Shown: positions 38,666 to 48,934, counted from the first letter of the stretch. The stretch is DNA of 64,000 nucleotides from Candidatus Melainabacteria bacterium (GCA_963818685.1 CAWFTJ010000004.1:649304-713303), one strand, 5' to 3'. Notes: generated by a model from the letters alone, not told the origin. Numbers and translations are program-made.

Positions 38666-39535
38666 TCAGCTGAGCAGCTTCGCCGCGCCCTTCCTGATCT
38701 CCTCGGCGACCACCTCCAGCGCCCGGCCTGCCGACCGACGCGCGTGCCTGGCCAGCAACAGGCCGGGTTCCGCCATCGGCGGCGCGGTGAACCGGGCGAG
38801 GCGGCGCTCGTCCACGGCGAAGCTCGGCAACACGGCGAGGCCGAGGCCGGCTGCGACACAGGCACGGGTCGCCTCGACGCTGCCGAGCCTGGTCGCGCGC
38901 ACGGTCGCCCCGCTGGCGCGCAGGCAGCGGGCGACCTCGTCGCTGTACGCGCAGCCCTCCTCCAGCAGGAACCAGCGCCAGCGCGCCAGATCCGCCCAGG
39001 TCCTGGCGTCAACGGTGGCGCCGCGATCGGCGATGAAGGCCAGTTCGAGCGTGCCGAGCCGGTCGAGCACGAGATCGCTCGCCTCGATCGAGGGTTCGAT
39101 GATCAGCGCGAGCGACACCGCGCCCGAGCGCAACGCGTCCACGGCGGGCATCGTGCCGCACGGCAGGAGCGTGACCTCGACGCCGGGATGGCGGCGCTGC
39201 AGGGCGGCGATGACGGGCGGAAGCAGTTGACCGCACAGGGATTCCGGCGCACCGATGCGCACGGTGCCCTCGATCGGGCCGCTGCGCTGCGGCTCCGCGC
39301 GCAGCGCGGCCTCGGCGTCGAGCACCAACGCGGCCTTGTCCAGCACGCGACGGCCCGCGTCGGTGAGGGTCGCGCCGCCGGGGAGCCGGTCGAACAGGCG
39401 CAGTCGTAGCTCCTTCTCCAGTGTCTGGATGTGCGCCGTCACGGTTGACTGGGCGAGGTGCAGTTCGGCCGCCGCAGAGGTGAAGCTGCCGGCCCTGGCC
39501 AGCGCGACGAAGGTGGCGAGCACGCGGGTGTCCAC
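38666..39535 (-). CDS. LysR family transcriptional regulator
   Basis: N-terminal HTH LATFVALARAGSFTSAAAELHLAQSTVTAHIQTLEKEL followed by a LysR substrate-binding domain. Confidence 0.92.
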   Translation of the reverse strand: MDTRVLATFVALARAGSFTSAAAELHLAQSTVTAHIQTLEKELRLRLFDRLPGGATLTDAGRRVLDKAALVLDAEAALRAEPQRSGPIEGTVRIGAPESLCGQLLPPVIAALQRRHPGVEVTLLPCGTMPAVDALRSGAVSLALIIEPSIEASDLVLDRLGTLELAFIADRGATVDARTWADLARWRWFLLEEGCAYSDEVARCLRASGATVRATRLGSVEATRACVAAGLGLAVLPSFAVDERRLARFTAPPMAEPGLLLARHARRSAGRALEVVAEEIRKGAAKLLS

Positions 39536-39547
39536 CGGACCGATCCT

Positions 39548-39562
39548 ATCGGCAATCCCGAT
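39548..39562. promoter_or_regulatory. Candidate LysR box ATCGG-N5-CCGAT (T-N11-A type)
   Basis: Palindrome 13 nt upstream of the LysR start, in the divergent intergenic region with the PhzF-like gene. Confidence 0.4.
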
Positions 39563-39619
39563 GTCCGATATCGAAGTTCATCGTTGGCTTCGATCGACGG
39601 TCGGTGCCAGCATGACGGT

Positions 39620-40453
39620 ATGAGCACAGAAGTACTGCGCTACACGGCATTCAGCACAGATCCAGCCGGGGGCAATCCGGCCGGTGTCGTGCTCGACGCG
39701 AGCGAACTGGCGGACGCGGACATGCAGCGGATCGCCAAGGAGGTCGGCTACTCGGAGACCGCGTTCCTCACCCGAACCGGCGATCGGGCCTATCGGGTGC
39801 GGTATTTCAGTCCGCTCGCCGAGGTGGATTTCTGCGGCCACGCCACGATCGCGTCCTCGGTCGCGCTGGCCGAACGCATCGGCGCAGGCCCGTTGGTGTT
39901 TCGCACCAACACCGGGGAGGTGAGGGTCGAGACCGGCGCCGGCACCGCGACCCTGACCAGTGTCGCCCCGCACTCGCGGCCCGCGACGCCGGAGGAGATC
40001 GCGGACACGTTGCGCGCACTGCGTTGGCGGGACACAGATGTCGACCCCGCATTCCCGATCCGGGTCGCCTATGCCGGCAACAACCACCTGATGCTCGCGG
40101 CGGCCACCCGCGATCGGCTGGCCACTGTGGACTATGACTTCGACGCGCTCGGTTCCGTCATGCGCGACGCGGGCTGGACCACGGTGCACCTGTTCTACTG
40201 CGACGGGCCGCGACACTTCCAGGCGCGTGATCCCTTCCCGGTCGGCGGCGTTGTCGAGGACCCGGCCACCGGGGCGGCGGCTGCCGCGTTCGGCGGGTAT
40301 CTCCGCGATATCGGCTACGCGGACGCCGACAGGATCACGATCGAACAGGGTGTCGATCTCGGTCGGCCGAGCCTGCTCGAAGTCGATCTTGTTCCAGGTG
40401 CGCCAGGAATCAGGGTGACCGGGGCTGCGGTCGCGATCACTAGAGCGCCTTGA
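39620..40453 (+). CDS. PhzF family isomerase
   Basis: FSTDPAGGNPAGVV, VGYSETAFL, VRYFSPLAEVDFCGHATIAS and DPATGAAAAA are PhzF-family signatures. Confidence 0.88.
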   Translation: MSTEVLRYTAFSTDPAGGNPAGVVLDASELADADMQRIAKEVGYSETAFLTRTGDRAYRVRYFSPLAEVDFCGHATIASSVALAERIGAGPLVFRTNTGEVRVETGAGTATLTSVAPHSRPATPEEIADTLRALRWRDTDVDPAFPIRVAYAGNNHLMLAAATRDRLATVDYDFDALGSVMRDAGWTTVHLFYCDGPRHFQARDPFPVGGVVEDPATGAAAAAFGGYLRDIGYADADRITIEQGVDLGRPSLLEVDLVPGAPGIRVTGAAVAITRAP

Positions 40454-41183
40454 CGGCACCGCCGTCCACCGTGATCACCGACCCCGTCAGGTAGGACGCG
40501 GCGGGCGAGAGCACGAAGGCCGCGACCCGGCCGAACTCCTCCGGCTCGCCGATCCGGCGCAGCGCGATGCCCTCGGCCCGCTTGGCGATCGCGTCCGGGT
40601 CGGCGAACAACGCGGCGTTGCGGCCGGTCCTTATCGACCCTGGCAGCAGGCTGACCACCCGGATTCCGCGTGGGCCCAGCTCGTTGGACAGCGTCTTGGC
40701 CACGCCGGCCAGGCCGGGCCGCAGGCCGTTGGAGACGGCAAGGTGGTCAAGGGGTTCGCGGACCGACGTGGACAGCACGAGGCCGATGACGCCACCTTCG
40801 CCCAACTCCTCGACGACCCGCCTGATCAGGCGCAACGTGCCGAGGAAGATCGAGGAGAACGCGTCCTGCCAGGTCTGCTCGCTGCTGTCCAGCACATCGC
40901 CGACCGGCGGCCCGCCCACGCTGACCAGGATGCCGTCGATCCGGCCGAACCGCGCGGTGGCCGCGCTGACAATGCGCTCGGCGAGGCCGGCGTCCGCGTT
41001 GTCGCCCACGACGCCGATGGCGTGCTCGCCGAGTTCGGCGACGGCCGCGTCCACGTTCTCCTGTGACCGGGAGGACAGCACCACCCTGGCCCCTTCGTCG
41101 ACCAGCGCCTTGGCCGTCGCGAAGCCGAGCCCCTTGCTGCCTCCGGTGACCAGGTAGACGCGGCCGGCGAGACCGAGATCCAT
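40440..41183 (-). CDS. SDR family oxidoreductase
   Basis: VTGGSKGLGFA cofactor-binding motif. Typical 247-aa classical SDR. Confidence 0.9.
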   Translation of the reverse strand: MDLGLAGRVYLVTGGSKGLGFATAKALVDEGARVVLSSRSQENVDAAVAELGEHAIGVVGDNADAGLAERIVSAATARFGRIDGILVSVGGPPVGDVLDSSEQTWQDAFSSIFLGTLRLIRRVVEELGEGGVIGLVLSTSVREPLDHLAVSNGLRPGLAGVAKTLSNELGPRGIRVVSLLPGSIRTGRNAALFADPDAIAKRAEGIALRRIGEPEEFGRVAAFVLSPAASYLTGSVITVDGGAVKAL

Positions 41184-41352
41184 GTCATTCCTCTCAGTAG
41201 TCGTTCGCCGTCGGTCGGTGTCGATGCCCGATCTCCGGTGATCGGCCGATCTTCCCCTGGCCAGGGTCGTCGTGGAAACGTGACCGTCGGCTCGTTGTTC
41301 GGTGTACCGGGCCTCGGCTACCCGCCGCAGCTAACGGATAATCGCCGGCAGG

Positions 41353-42165
41353 ATGGACGAGAGCATTGAACTCCTGGTGACGGTGGTGGTCGCCGCCGAT
41401 GGCGAGGAGGCCGCGCGCGAGGCGTGCGAGCAACTCTGCTGGCACGTCGAAGGTCAGATCGTCGACTCCACCGACTGCTCTGCCGAGGAGCCCGGCTGCT
41501 GGGCGGTCACGATCGCGGTGCCGACCGACGAGCGCGCCACGTACAACGTGGCCGCGCCGCTGGCGCGCGCCGTGCGCCGCTTCGTCCGTTCGCTCAGCCC
41601 GAGCCAGACGGTGCCGAGGGTGTCCTGCGAACCGCCGACCGCGTGGACCGTGCTTGACGAGCCGGAAGCCATCGGTCGGCTGGTGACCGGCGCGGAACGC
41701 CTGCTCATCGAGGCTTGGTGCGGCGCTGATCCGTACCGGATGCGCACCCGCCAACGCGAACCCGAATCCGAGCGACCCGCCGTCTGGATCCCGCCGGAGG
41801 ACAAGCCCAGCCAGGACGGCTACCGGCTGATCCTGCGTGTCGACGTGGCCACCACCCGGCATGCCGGCGCGGAATGGCAGGCACGGGCCGTGGCCAGCCG
41901 GATCTCCGGCACGGCCACGCTCACCGGGATGACCGAGCGTGACGGCGTGCTCAGCGTGCACGTCGACCTCGGCCCGGCCCGCTCGTCGGCGCCGCAGACC
42001 GTGCTGAGCGCGGTCTCCGCGCTGGATCGCGCCGGCTGGTCGCCGCTGCGCTGGGAGGGCGACACGGCGATCACCAGTTGGCGTGCTGACCCGATCCCCA
42101 CCTCGGGGATCACCGCGTTGGAGCTGTCCTCCGGCCCGGCACCCGCCCCAATCGAGACCACCTGA
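41353..42165 (+). CDS. Hypothetical acidic protein (270 aa) with two internally similar halves
   Basis: Very high third-position GC in this frame; the antisense ORF 41194..41961 is rejected. The halves LLVTVVVAADGEEAAREACEQL...CWAVTIAVP and LILRVDVATTRHAGAEWQARAV...VLSVHVDLGP look like a duplicated beta-alpha-beta module. No known motif. Confidence 0.7.
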   Translation: MDESIELLVTVVVAADGEEAAREACEQLCWHVEGQIVDSTDCSAEEPGCWAVTIAVPTDERATYNVAAPLARAVRRFVRSLSPSQTVPRVSCEPPTAWTVLDEPEAIGRLVTGAERLLIEAWCGADPYRMRTRQREPESERPAVWIPPEDKPSQDGYRLILRVDVATTRHAGAEWQARAVASRISGTATLTGMTERDGVLSVHVDLGPARSSAPQTVLSAVSALDRAGWSPLRWEGDTAITSWRADPIPTSGITALELSSGPAPAPIETT

Positions 42166-42309
42166 TCACCGGACCGGTGGAACCGACTCGCTGGCGGCCC
42201 GCCGCTGACTAGAGTTGATCTCGTGCTCGCACCAGAGGTGCACGCTCGGCGGTAGGCAGCGCGCTGCCGGCATGGCATACCGGGAGACGACCGTAGTGAG
42301 GAGGTCGCG

Positions 42310-45060
42310 GTGAACAAGCGCGCCGATCGACGCAAGCGGATCGAGATGGCGCTGGACGAGTTCCGCGCGGCCGTCAGCCGAGCGCTCGGCGTCGCGGCCG
42401 ACCTGCACTCCCGGGCGGCCATCGAGCACGCCAAGGCCATGGTCGAGTTGTGGCTGCGCGAGGAAGGCATCGACAACGCGCGCAAGGACCCGCACTTCGC
42501 GGTCGCGCTCGCCAACCCGGTCATGCGCGATGTGATCGAGCGCGCCGAGGAGGATCGGCGCCGCGAGTTCGCGCAATGGACCGAGACCGGCCCGGACACC
42601 CTCGCCGCGATCGTGGCCGCGAGCGCGCCGGGGGTCGCCGGCGCGCCGGCCGAGGACTGGCTGGGCAAGGTCGGCGACGCGGACGGCACCGGTGTGCTGC
42701 CCGAACTGTGGCGGATCGGCACCGCGGTCTCGGACAGCGCACCGGAGGCGGTGCCCTTCCCGGTCGCCGTGCCGCTGCTGGACACCTCGCACCTACAGGT
42801 CAACTCCGGCCCGAAGTCGCGGGCGAGCGCCGAGGCGCTGGTCGAGGGGTTGCTGTTGCGGGTGCTCAGCTACTTCCTGCCCGGACTGGTGCACATCCAC
42901 GTCTGGGACACCGGCCAGCTCACCGGCCCGTTGCCCGGCCTGTACCCGTTGACACGGGCCGGCCTGCTCACCGTGCACGACCCGGCCCGGCCGGAGGAGC
43001 TGCTCGACGAGCTGTCCGAACACATCCGCCGGGTGCACTCCGGTGTGCTGATGGGCGGGCACACCTCGGTGCGGGCGATCAGCGGTGGCGCGGGACGGCG
43101 CACCGAACCGTGGCGGATCGCGGTGCTGTTCGGCAACACCCGACCGCTCAAGGACGAGCACCAGCAGCAATTGCAGCGCATCGCGCGCAACGGCCTTGCC
43201 TGCGGCGTGCAGCTGATCGTGGTCGACCAGCCGTTGACGGTGAACTCGCCGATGGAGGTCGTGAAGTTCACCGGCGAGCACACCGGCACGACCTCGATGA
43301 CCGGCCCGAACGCCACCTTCACCGCCGACCCGACGCTGCCGAGGGCCGAGGTGCCCAGTGCGTGCGCTGCCATCGCGGACGAACTGGAGGAGCGGCGGGC
43401 CCGGCTGTGCACCTTCGCCGACCTGCTGCCCGGCCCGATCTGGCAGCAGTCCTCCGCCGCGGCGCTGATCGGCCCGGTCGGCTACCACGACGGCATGCCC
43501 GTCGACGTGGCGCTCGGCGACTCGTCGCCGCACGCCCTGGTCGGCGGGCCGAGCGGGTCGGGCAAGACCAACTTCCTCTACGCGATGCTCGGCAGTTTCG
43601 CGGCCCGCTACTCCCCCGACGAGCTGGAGTTCTACCTGCTCGACTTCAAGGAGGGCGTGTCGTTCGCCCAGTTCACGCCGGGCAGGCGGGACAGGAGTTG
43701 GCTGCCGCACGCGCGCCTTGTCGGCGTGAACGTCAACGCGGACCGCGAGTTCGGCGTCGCCCTGCTGCGTTTTCTCGCCGACGAGATGCGCCACCGCGCG
43801 GACGCTGCCAAGCGGCACGAGGTCACCAAGCTGGAGGAACTGCGCCGCGAAGATCCCGATGGTCGTTGGCCCCGGCTTGTCGCGGTGATCGACGAGTTCC
43901 AGTACCTGTTCGCCGAGCCCGACCAGGTCGCGACCGAGGCCGTGATGTTGCTGGAGGACCTGGCGCGGCGCGGCCGGTCGCAGGGCATCCACCTGGTGCT
44001 GGCCAGCCAGGACGTGTCGTCGATCGCGGCGTTCTGGGGCAAGCCGGCCATCTTCGAGCAGTTCATCCTGCGCGTCGCGCTGCCCAAGGCGGGCAGGGTG
44101 CTCGCCAAGGACAATGAGGCCGCATTGGAACTGCCGCGCTGGCACGCGATCCTCAACCACGAGTCAGGTGTCAAGCAGGGCAACCAGATCAGCCGCATCC
44201 CGGACGCGACCAGCAGGGGCACATTCGACGAGTTGCAGGCCAGGCTGTGGGAGAACCGGCCGGACGGGTTGTCCAGCCCGCGCCTCTTCGACGGTTCGCA
44301 CGTGCCGCAACTAGCCGACACACCGGATTTCCAGGCGCTGCGGCCGAATCCGGAGCCGGTGGCCATGCTGGGCCAGGTGATCGACGTCGCGGGCAGCGCG
44401 GCGCGGATCTCCCTGCTCAAGACGCCCGGCCGCAACCTGGCCGTGCTCGGCTCCGCGCTGACCGACGCGGCCAGCGTGCTCGGCGCGGCCGCGCTCTCCG
44501 TTGCCCGCCAACACGAACCGGGCACCGCGTTGTTCACGTTGCTTCCGCTGATCAGCGAGGCACAGTCTACTGTAGACAATCTCGCGGAGCGGCTGCGCGG
44601 CCAGGGGCACGAGGTCGCGGTCGTCGGGCGGGACGGCATCGCCGCGCTGCTCGCCGAACTGGTCGAACAGCTGGCCACACAGGGCGACACCCGCCCGCAC
44701 TACCTGCTCGGCTACGCCGTCGACTCGGTGCAGTCCATGTTGGAGACCAGGGACATCACGGTGCCAAGGACCGGCCTTGACAACCTGCGCGACCTGCTGC
44801 GCAGGGGGCCGGAGCACAGCATCCACCTGCTCGGCTGGTGGCGCGGGGCGGCCCGGCTCAAGGCGTCGCTGCCGATCGGATCGGTGGACGACGTCGGCTC
44901 GTGGGTGGCCTTCGACGTGCAGGGCCAGGAACTCCAGCAGCTCGCGGGCCAGATCGTGAGCTGGTCGCCGAGGGCGGCGCGCGGCCTGTTCTTCGACAGG
45001 TACACGCACGCCAAGCCGCAGGTGATCATCCCGTTCGGGGTCGAGGAGGCAAGGGAGTGA
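42310..45060 (+). CDS. Soluble FtsK/SpoIIIE-family ATPase with three P-loop-like modules (only the middle one intact)
   Basis: Walker A GGPSGSGKTN, Walker B VAVIDEFQ and GRSQGIHLVLASQ in the central module. The flanking modules are degenerate (WRIAVLFGN...GVQLIVVD; NLAVLGSAL...IHLLGWW). No convincing hydrophobic TM stretch. GTG 42310 lies behind GAGGAGG. Confidence 0.85.
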   Translation: MNKRADRRKRIEMALDEFRAAVSRALGVAADLHSRAAIEHAKAMVELWLREEGIDNARKDPHFAVALANPVMRDVIERAEEDRRREFAQWTETGPDTLAAIVAASAPGVAGAPAEDWLGKVGDADGTGVLPELWRIGTAVSDSAPEAVPFPVAVPLLDTSHLQVNSGPKSRASAEALVEGLLLRVLSYFLPGLVHIHVWDTGQLTGPLPGLYPLTRAGLLTVHDPARPEELLDELSEHIRRVHSGVLMGGHTSVRAISGGAGRRTEPWRIAVLFGNTRPLKDEHQQQLQRIARNGLACGVQLIVVDQPLTVNSPMEVVKFTGEHTGTTSMTGPNATFTADPTLPRAEVPSACAAIADELEERRARLCTFADLLPGPIWQQSSAAALIGPVGYHDGMPVDVALGDSSPHALVGGPSGSGKTNFLYAMLGSFAARYSPDELEFYLLDFKEGVSFAQFTPGRRDRSWLPHARLVGVNVNADREFGVALLRFLADEMRHRADAAKRHEVTKLEELRREDPDGRWPRLVAVIDEFQYLFAEPDQVATEAVMLLEDLARRGRSQGIHLVLASQDVSSIAAFWGKPAIFEQFILRVALPKAGRVLAKDNEAALELPRWHAILNHESGVKQGNQISRIPDATSRGTFDELQARLWENRPDGLSSPRLFDGSHVPQLADTPDFQALRPNPEPVAMLGQVIDVAGSAARISLLKTPGRNLAVLGSALTDAASVLGAAALSVARQHEPGTALFTLLPLISEAQSTVDNLAERLRGQGHEVAVVGRDGIAALLAELVEQLATQGDTRPHYLLGYAVDSVQSMLETRDITVPRTGLDNLRDLLRRGPEHSIHLLGWWRGAARLKASLPIGSVDDVGSWVAFDVQGQELQQLAGQIVSWSPRAARGLFFDRYTHAKPQVIIPFGVEEARE

Positions 45061-45425
45061 ACGGTGACGCGGCACGCCGCTACAAGGAGATCGCCGGGCT
45101 GAACACCGAGGCGGTCGAGCGGCTGCGCGAGGCCGACCGCGCCCTGGTGGAGCGGCTGGCCGCGGAGGTGCTTGCCGCCGAGAACGCGCTCGCGCAGGTG
45201 TCCGAACGGGAGCGGGTCGCGCGGGTCGGCGTCGAGCTGGCCTGGGAGCGCGCCATGGAGGACCTCTGGGGTGAGACCTGGCTCAAGGTCGAGCCGATGC
45301 CCGAGCCGGCGAGACCGTCGGCCGATATCGAGCCGCGCGAGGCGGATGCCGAGGTCGGGCGCACGCTCGAAGCGTTGCAGGATGCGCTGCGCAAGCCGTC
45401 GATGCTGCCGAGGCTGCACCGTTAA
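45057..45425 (+). CDS. Hypothetical coiled-coil protein (122 aa)
   Basis: The GTG overlaps the FtsK-like stop (GTGA) and lies behind GAGGAGG. High GC3. Heptad-like LREADRALVERLAAEVLAAENALAQVSERERVARV. Confidence 0.65.
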   Translation: MNGDAARRYKEIAGLNTEAVERLREADRALVERLAAEVLAAENALAQVSERERVARVGVELAWERAMEDLWGETWLKVEPMPEPARPSADIEPREADAEVGRTLEALQDALRKPSMLPRLHR

Positions 45426-45519
45426 ATACTGAACTTATCAGTTTCGGAATTATCGAGTGGTACCCGTGGTTGTGCGGAGCGACGATGGCTCAAACGCACA
45501 ACGATGTGGAGGACCACAG

Positions 45520-46539
<1,020 letters not shown>

Positions 46540-46806
46540 TCGCCCGATTGTCAAATCGCGCGATTTCAGTTTCCTGCTCGAAATCTTTCTCAGGGTCCTG
46601 ATTCGGGCTCCGGCCGGCCTGAATTTGTGATGGATAATCACAGATCCCCAGGTCGGCCGCTCGTATGTCAGGGTTGCTCATAACGCCTGAATTTCAGGGC
46701 CCGAAACCCTATCATCTGATCGGATTGACATTGGCGGCGACTGCTGATCTTTCCCAACTGGTGACTTATGGTCGATTCCATTGGTCCCTGCCGGAAAGAG
46801 GCACAC

Positions 46807-47262
46807 ATGCTGATCGAACTCGTCATCTCGCACGCCATCCTTGCCATCGTCGCGATCAGGTCCGGGGTTCGCGAACTACGGATCTACCTGCGCCACAGGA
46901 GAAACCGGGAGACACTGCGGCTCGCCGTCATGGCGCGGCACGGCAAGCACTACGTCGAACTGCCACACGGCAAGCACCGGCTCAAGGACTACCCGCGCGC
47001 ACACCGGTTGTGCACCAAGAACCATCCGTGTGCGTACAAGGTGAAGCACCTCAAGGGAGTTCCGGCCACCGTCTACGTCCGTGAGGCGCGAGCGGACGGC
47101 GCGTACCGCACCGGCACCACCGCCGGCCTGCCCCCGAGCACGACCGACCACCGCGCCAAGCACGAGTATCCGACCCGGTCCGACTACATCTCGAAAAGCG
47201 ACTACAACACGCTGACAAATCTAAAAGTCAAGCCCTACTATCGGTCCAAGCCGGCGGCCTGA
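46807..47262 (+). CDS. Hypothetical basic protein with N-terminal membrane anchor (151 aa; ATG 46768 is an alternative start)
   Basis: N-terminal LIELVISHAILAIVAI followed by a Lys/Arg/His-rich soluble part. GC3 is native-like. No recognisable domain. Its 3' end overlaps the convergent oxidase gene by 25 nt. Confidence 0.55.
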   Translation: MLIELVISHAILAIVAIRSGVRELRIYLRHRRNRETLRLAVMARHGKHYVELPHGKHRLKDYPRAHRLCTKNHPCAYKVKHLKGVPATVYVREARADGAYRTGTTAGLPPSTTDHRAKHEYPTRSDYISKSDYNTLTNLKVKPYYRSKPAA

Positions 47263-48926
47263 ATCAACTTTCCCGGGTTGAGAATCCCAGCCGGATCGAG
47301 CGTCTTCTTCACCGCGGCGAGCACCTCGACGCCGAGGTCGCCGATTTCCGCACGCAGATAGTCCGCGTGGTCGACGCCGACCGCGTGGTGGTGGGAAATG
47401 GTGCCGAGCGGGCCGCCAGTGCCGGGCATTCCCGAGATGGCCCGGCACGCGGCGGCCTTGGCCCGGCGCCACTGCGCGACCGGGTCGGCCGAACGCGGCA
47501 CGAGCACGGTGAAGTACAGCGACGCGCCGGTCTCGTAGGCGTGCGACACGTGGCACATCACCACGGGTCGCACGCCCTCGGTGTGCAGTTCGCCGATCAG
47601 CGCCTCGCGGACCTCGGTACGCAACTCGGAGAGCTTCGCCCAGCTCGTCGCGGTTTCCAGCGTCTCGACGCACATGCCGATGTCGAGCAGGGCGTCGCGC
47701 TGGCGCGGCCCGGAGAACCGGCCGTGCTCCCACCCCGCACCGACCGCCCTGCCGAGCCGGATCGGTCGGTGCCGCCGCAGCGCGGCCAGGGTCGCTGCGC
47801 GCTTTGCGGCCAGTTCCCTTGCGGATTCGGCCTCCCAGCCCAGGATCAGCAGGCACGGCTCGCTGACCTGGCGCGCCCGCAGGTAGCCGCGCAGCGCGGC
47901 GGTCTGCCAGCCACCCTTGAGCGCGAAGGAGATCTCCGTCTCGTCCATGTCGGAAAGTCGGGTGACGGTCGCCAGCACGCGTTGCTGCGCGAGCGCGCGC
48001 ACGGCCGCGCTGCCCGCCTCCCAACTCGCCAACGCGAACCCTTCGTAACGGCGCGCGGTCGGCACCGGGCGCACCCGCACGGTCACCTCGGTGATCACGC
48101 CGAACGCGCCCTCGCTGCCCACCACCAGCGCGCGCAGGTCCGGCCCTGCCGCCGAAGCGGGCGCGACGCCCAGCCGCCACTGTCCGCGTGGGGTGGCCAC
48201 CCGCAGTCCGACGACCATGTCCTCGAACCGGCCGTACCCGCAGGACGCCTGGCCCGCCGACCGAGTCGCGGCGAAACCGCCGATGGTGGCGCGTTCGAAG
48301 GACTGCGGCACATGCCCGAGCGTGAATCCGTGCGCGGCGAGCAGTCGTTCGGCGTCGGGCGCGCGGACGCCCGCCTGAAGGATTGCGGTGCGTGAAATCG
48401 GGTCGACGGACACCAGGGCGTCGAGCCGGCACAGGTCGAGCGCGAGCACCGCGACCTTGTCCCCGCGCAGCGCGGCCACCCCGCCGACCACCGAGGTGCC
48501 ACCACCGAAGGGCACGACCCCGATCCCGTGCTCGGCGCACACCGCGAGCACCTCCTGTACCTGGACCGAATCCGAGGGCGTCACCACCGCATCCGGCGCC
48601 ACGATCTCACCGGAGCCTCGGAACCGCAGCAGGTCCAGGTAGGACAGTCCGCCGGCGCGCCAGAGCCGCGCGTCGTCCGCGACGCTCACGTGGTCCGCAC
48701 CGACCACCTCGACCAGGGCGTCCAGCGCAGCGGCCGGCAGGGCGGACGGCCCGAGCGTGCGCAGCGAGGCCGGCACGACCGGGGTCGACGTGGGCCGCAG
48801 ACCGGTGCGCTCGGCCAGGCTGCGCAGCGCGTGCTGCGGCAGCGTGGCCGGCTCGTCGGCCCAGCGGTCGCGGGCGGTGTGGGAAATCGACGTGCTCACC
48901 GGTACAGTGTGACACATGACGTCCAA
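47238..48926 (-). CDS. FAD-binding oxidoreductase (alkyl-DHAP-synthase/GlcD-like, Rv2251-like)
   Basis: FAD-binding PCMH domain (VVPFGGGTSVVGG) and a C-terminal FAD-linked oxidase domain (ISHHHAVG). The true start is probably the internal ATG 48917 or GTG 48899. Confidence 0.88.
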   Translation of the reverse strand: MDVMCHTVPVSTSISHTARDRWADEPATLPQHALRSLAERTGLRPTSTPVVPASLRTLGPSALPAAALDALVEVVGADHVSVADDARLWRAGGLSYLDLLRFRGSGEIVAPDAVVTPSDSVQVQEVLAVCAEHGIGVVPFGGGTSVVGGVAALRGDKVAVLALDLCRLDALVSVDPISRTAILQAGVRAPDAERLLAAHGFTLGHVPQSFERATIGGFAATRSAGQASCGYGRFEDMVVGLRVATPRGQWRLGVAPASAAGPDLRALVVGSEGAFGVITEVTVRVRPVPTARRYEGFALASWEAGSAAVRALAQQRVLATVTRLSDMDETEISFALKGGWQTAALRGYLRARQVSEPCLLILGWEAESARELAAKRAATLAALRRHRPIRLGRAVGAGWEHGRFSGPRQRDALLDIGMCVETLETATSWAKLSELRTEVREALIGELHTEGVRPVVMCHVSHAYETGASLYFTVLVPRSADPVAQWRRAKAAACRAISGMPGTGGPLGTISHHHAVGVDHADYLRAEIGDLGVEVLAAVKKTLDPAGILNPGKLIQAAGLDR

Positions 48927-48934
48927 TTGTCACA
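48908..48934. promoter_or_regulatory. Inverted repeat TGTGACA-N13-TGTCACA spanning the overlapping divergent starts of the oxidase and TetR genes
   Basis: Read directly from the sequence. Candidate autoregulatory TetR operator. Confidence 0.35.

Noticed and set aside
37846-39230. 388-aa minus-strand and 460-aa plus-strand ORFs bridging the hydrolase and LysR genes
   Set aside because: They cross a convergent gene boundary and are Arg/Pro/Ala-rich. The annotated frames carry the GHSMGG and LysR HTH motifs.
41194-41961. 255-aa minus-strand ORF overlapping the first gene of the FtsK-like operon
   Set aside because: The plus frame (41353..42165) has markedly higher third-position GC and ordinary amino-acid composition. 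The minus product is rich in Arg, Gly, His and Pro.
42793-44690. 455-aa and 352-aa minus-strand ORFs opposite the FtsK-like gene, and the 555-aa alternative plus frame 42450..44117
   Set aside because: Only the 42310 frame contains Walker A/B and FtsK signatures and shows high third-position GC. The others are Arg-rich frame shadows.
46626-46642. TGTGA...TCACA palindrome as a CRP/GlxR binding site
   Set aside because: The half-sites are separated by 7 nt (a 17-bp site) rather than the canonical 6 nt (16 bp). I do not call it a CRP site and mention it only as an unassigned palindrome.
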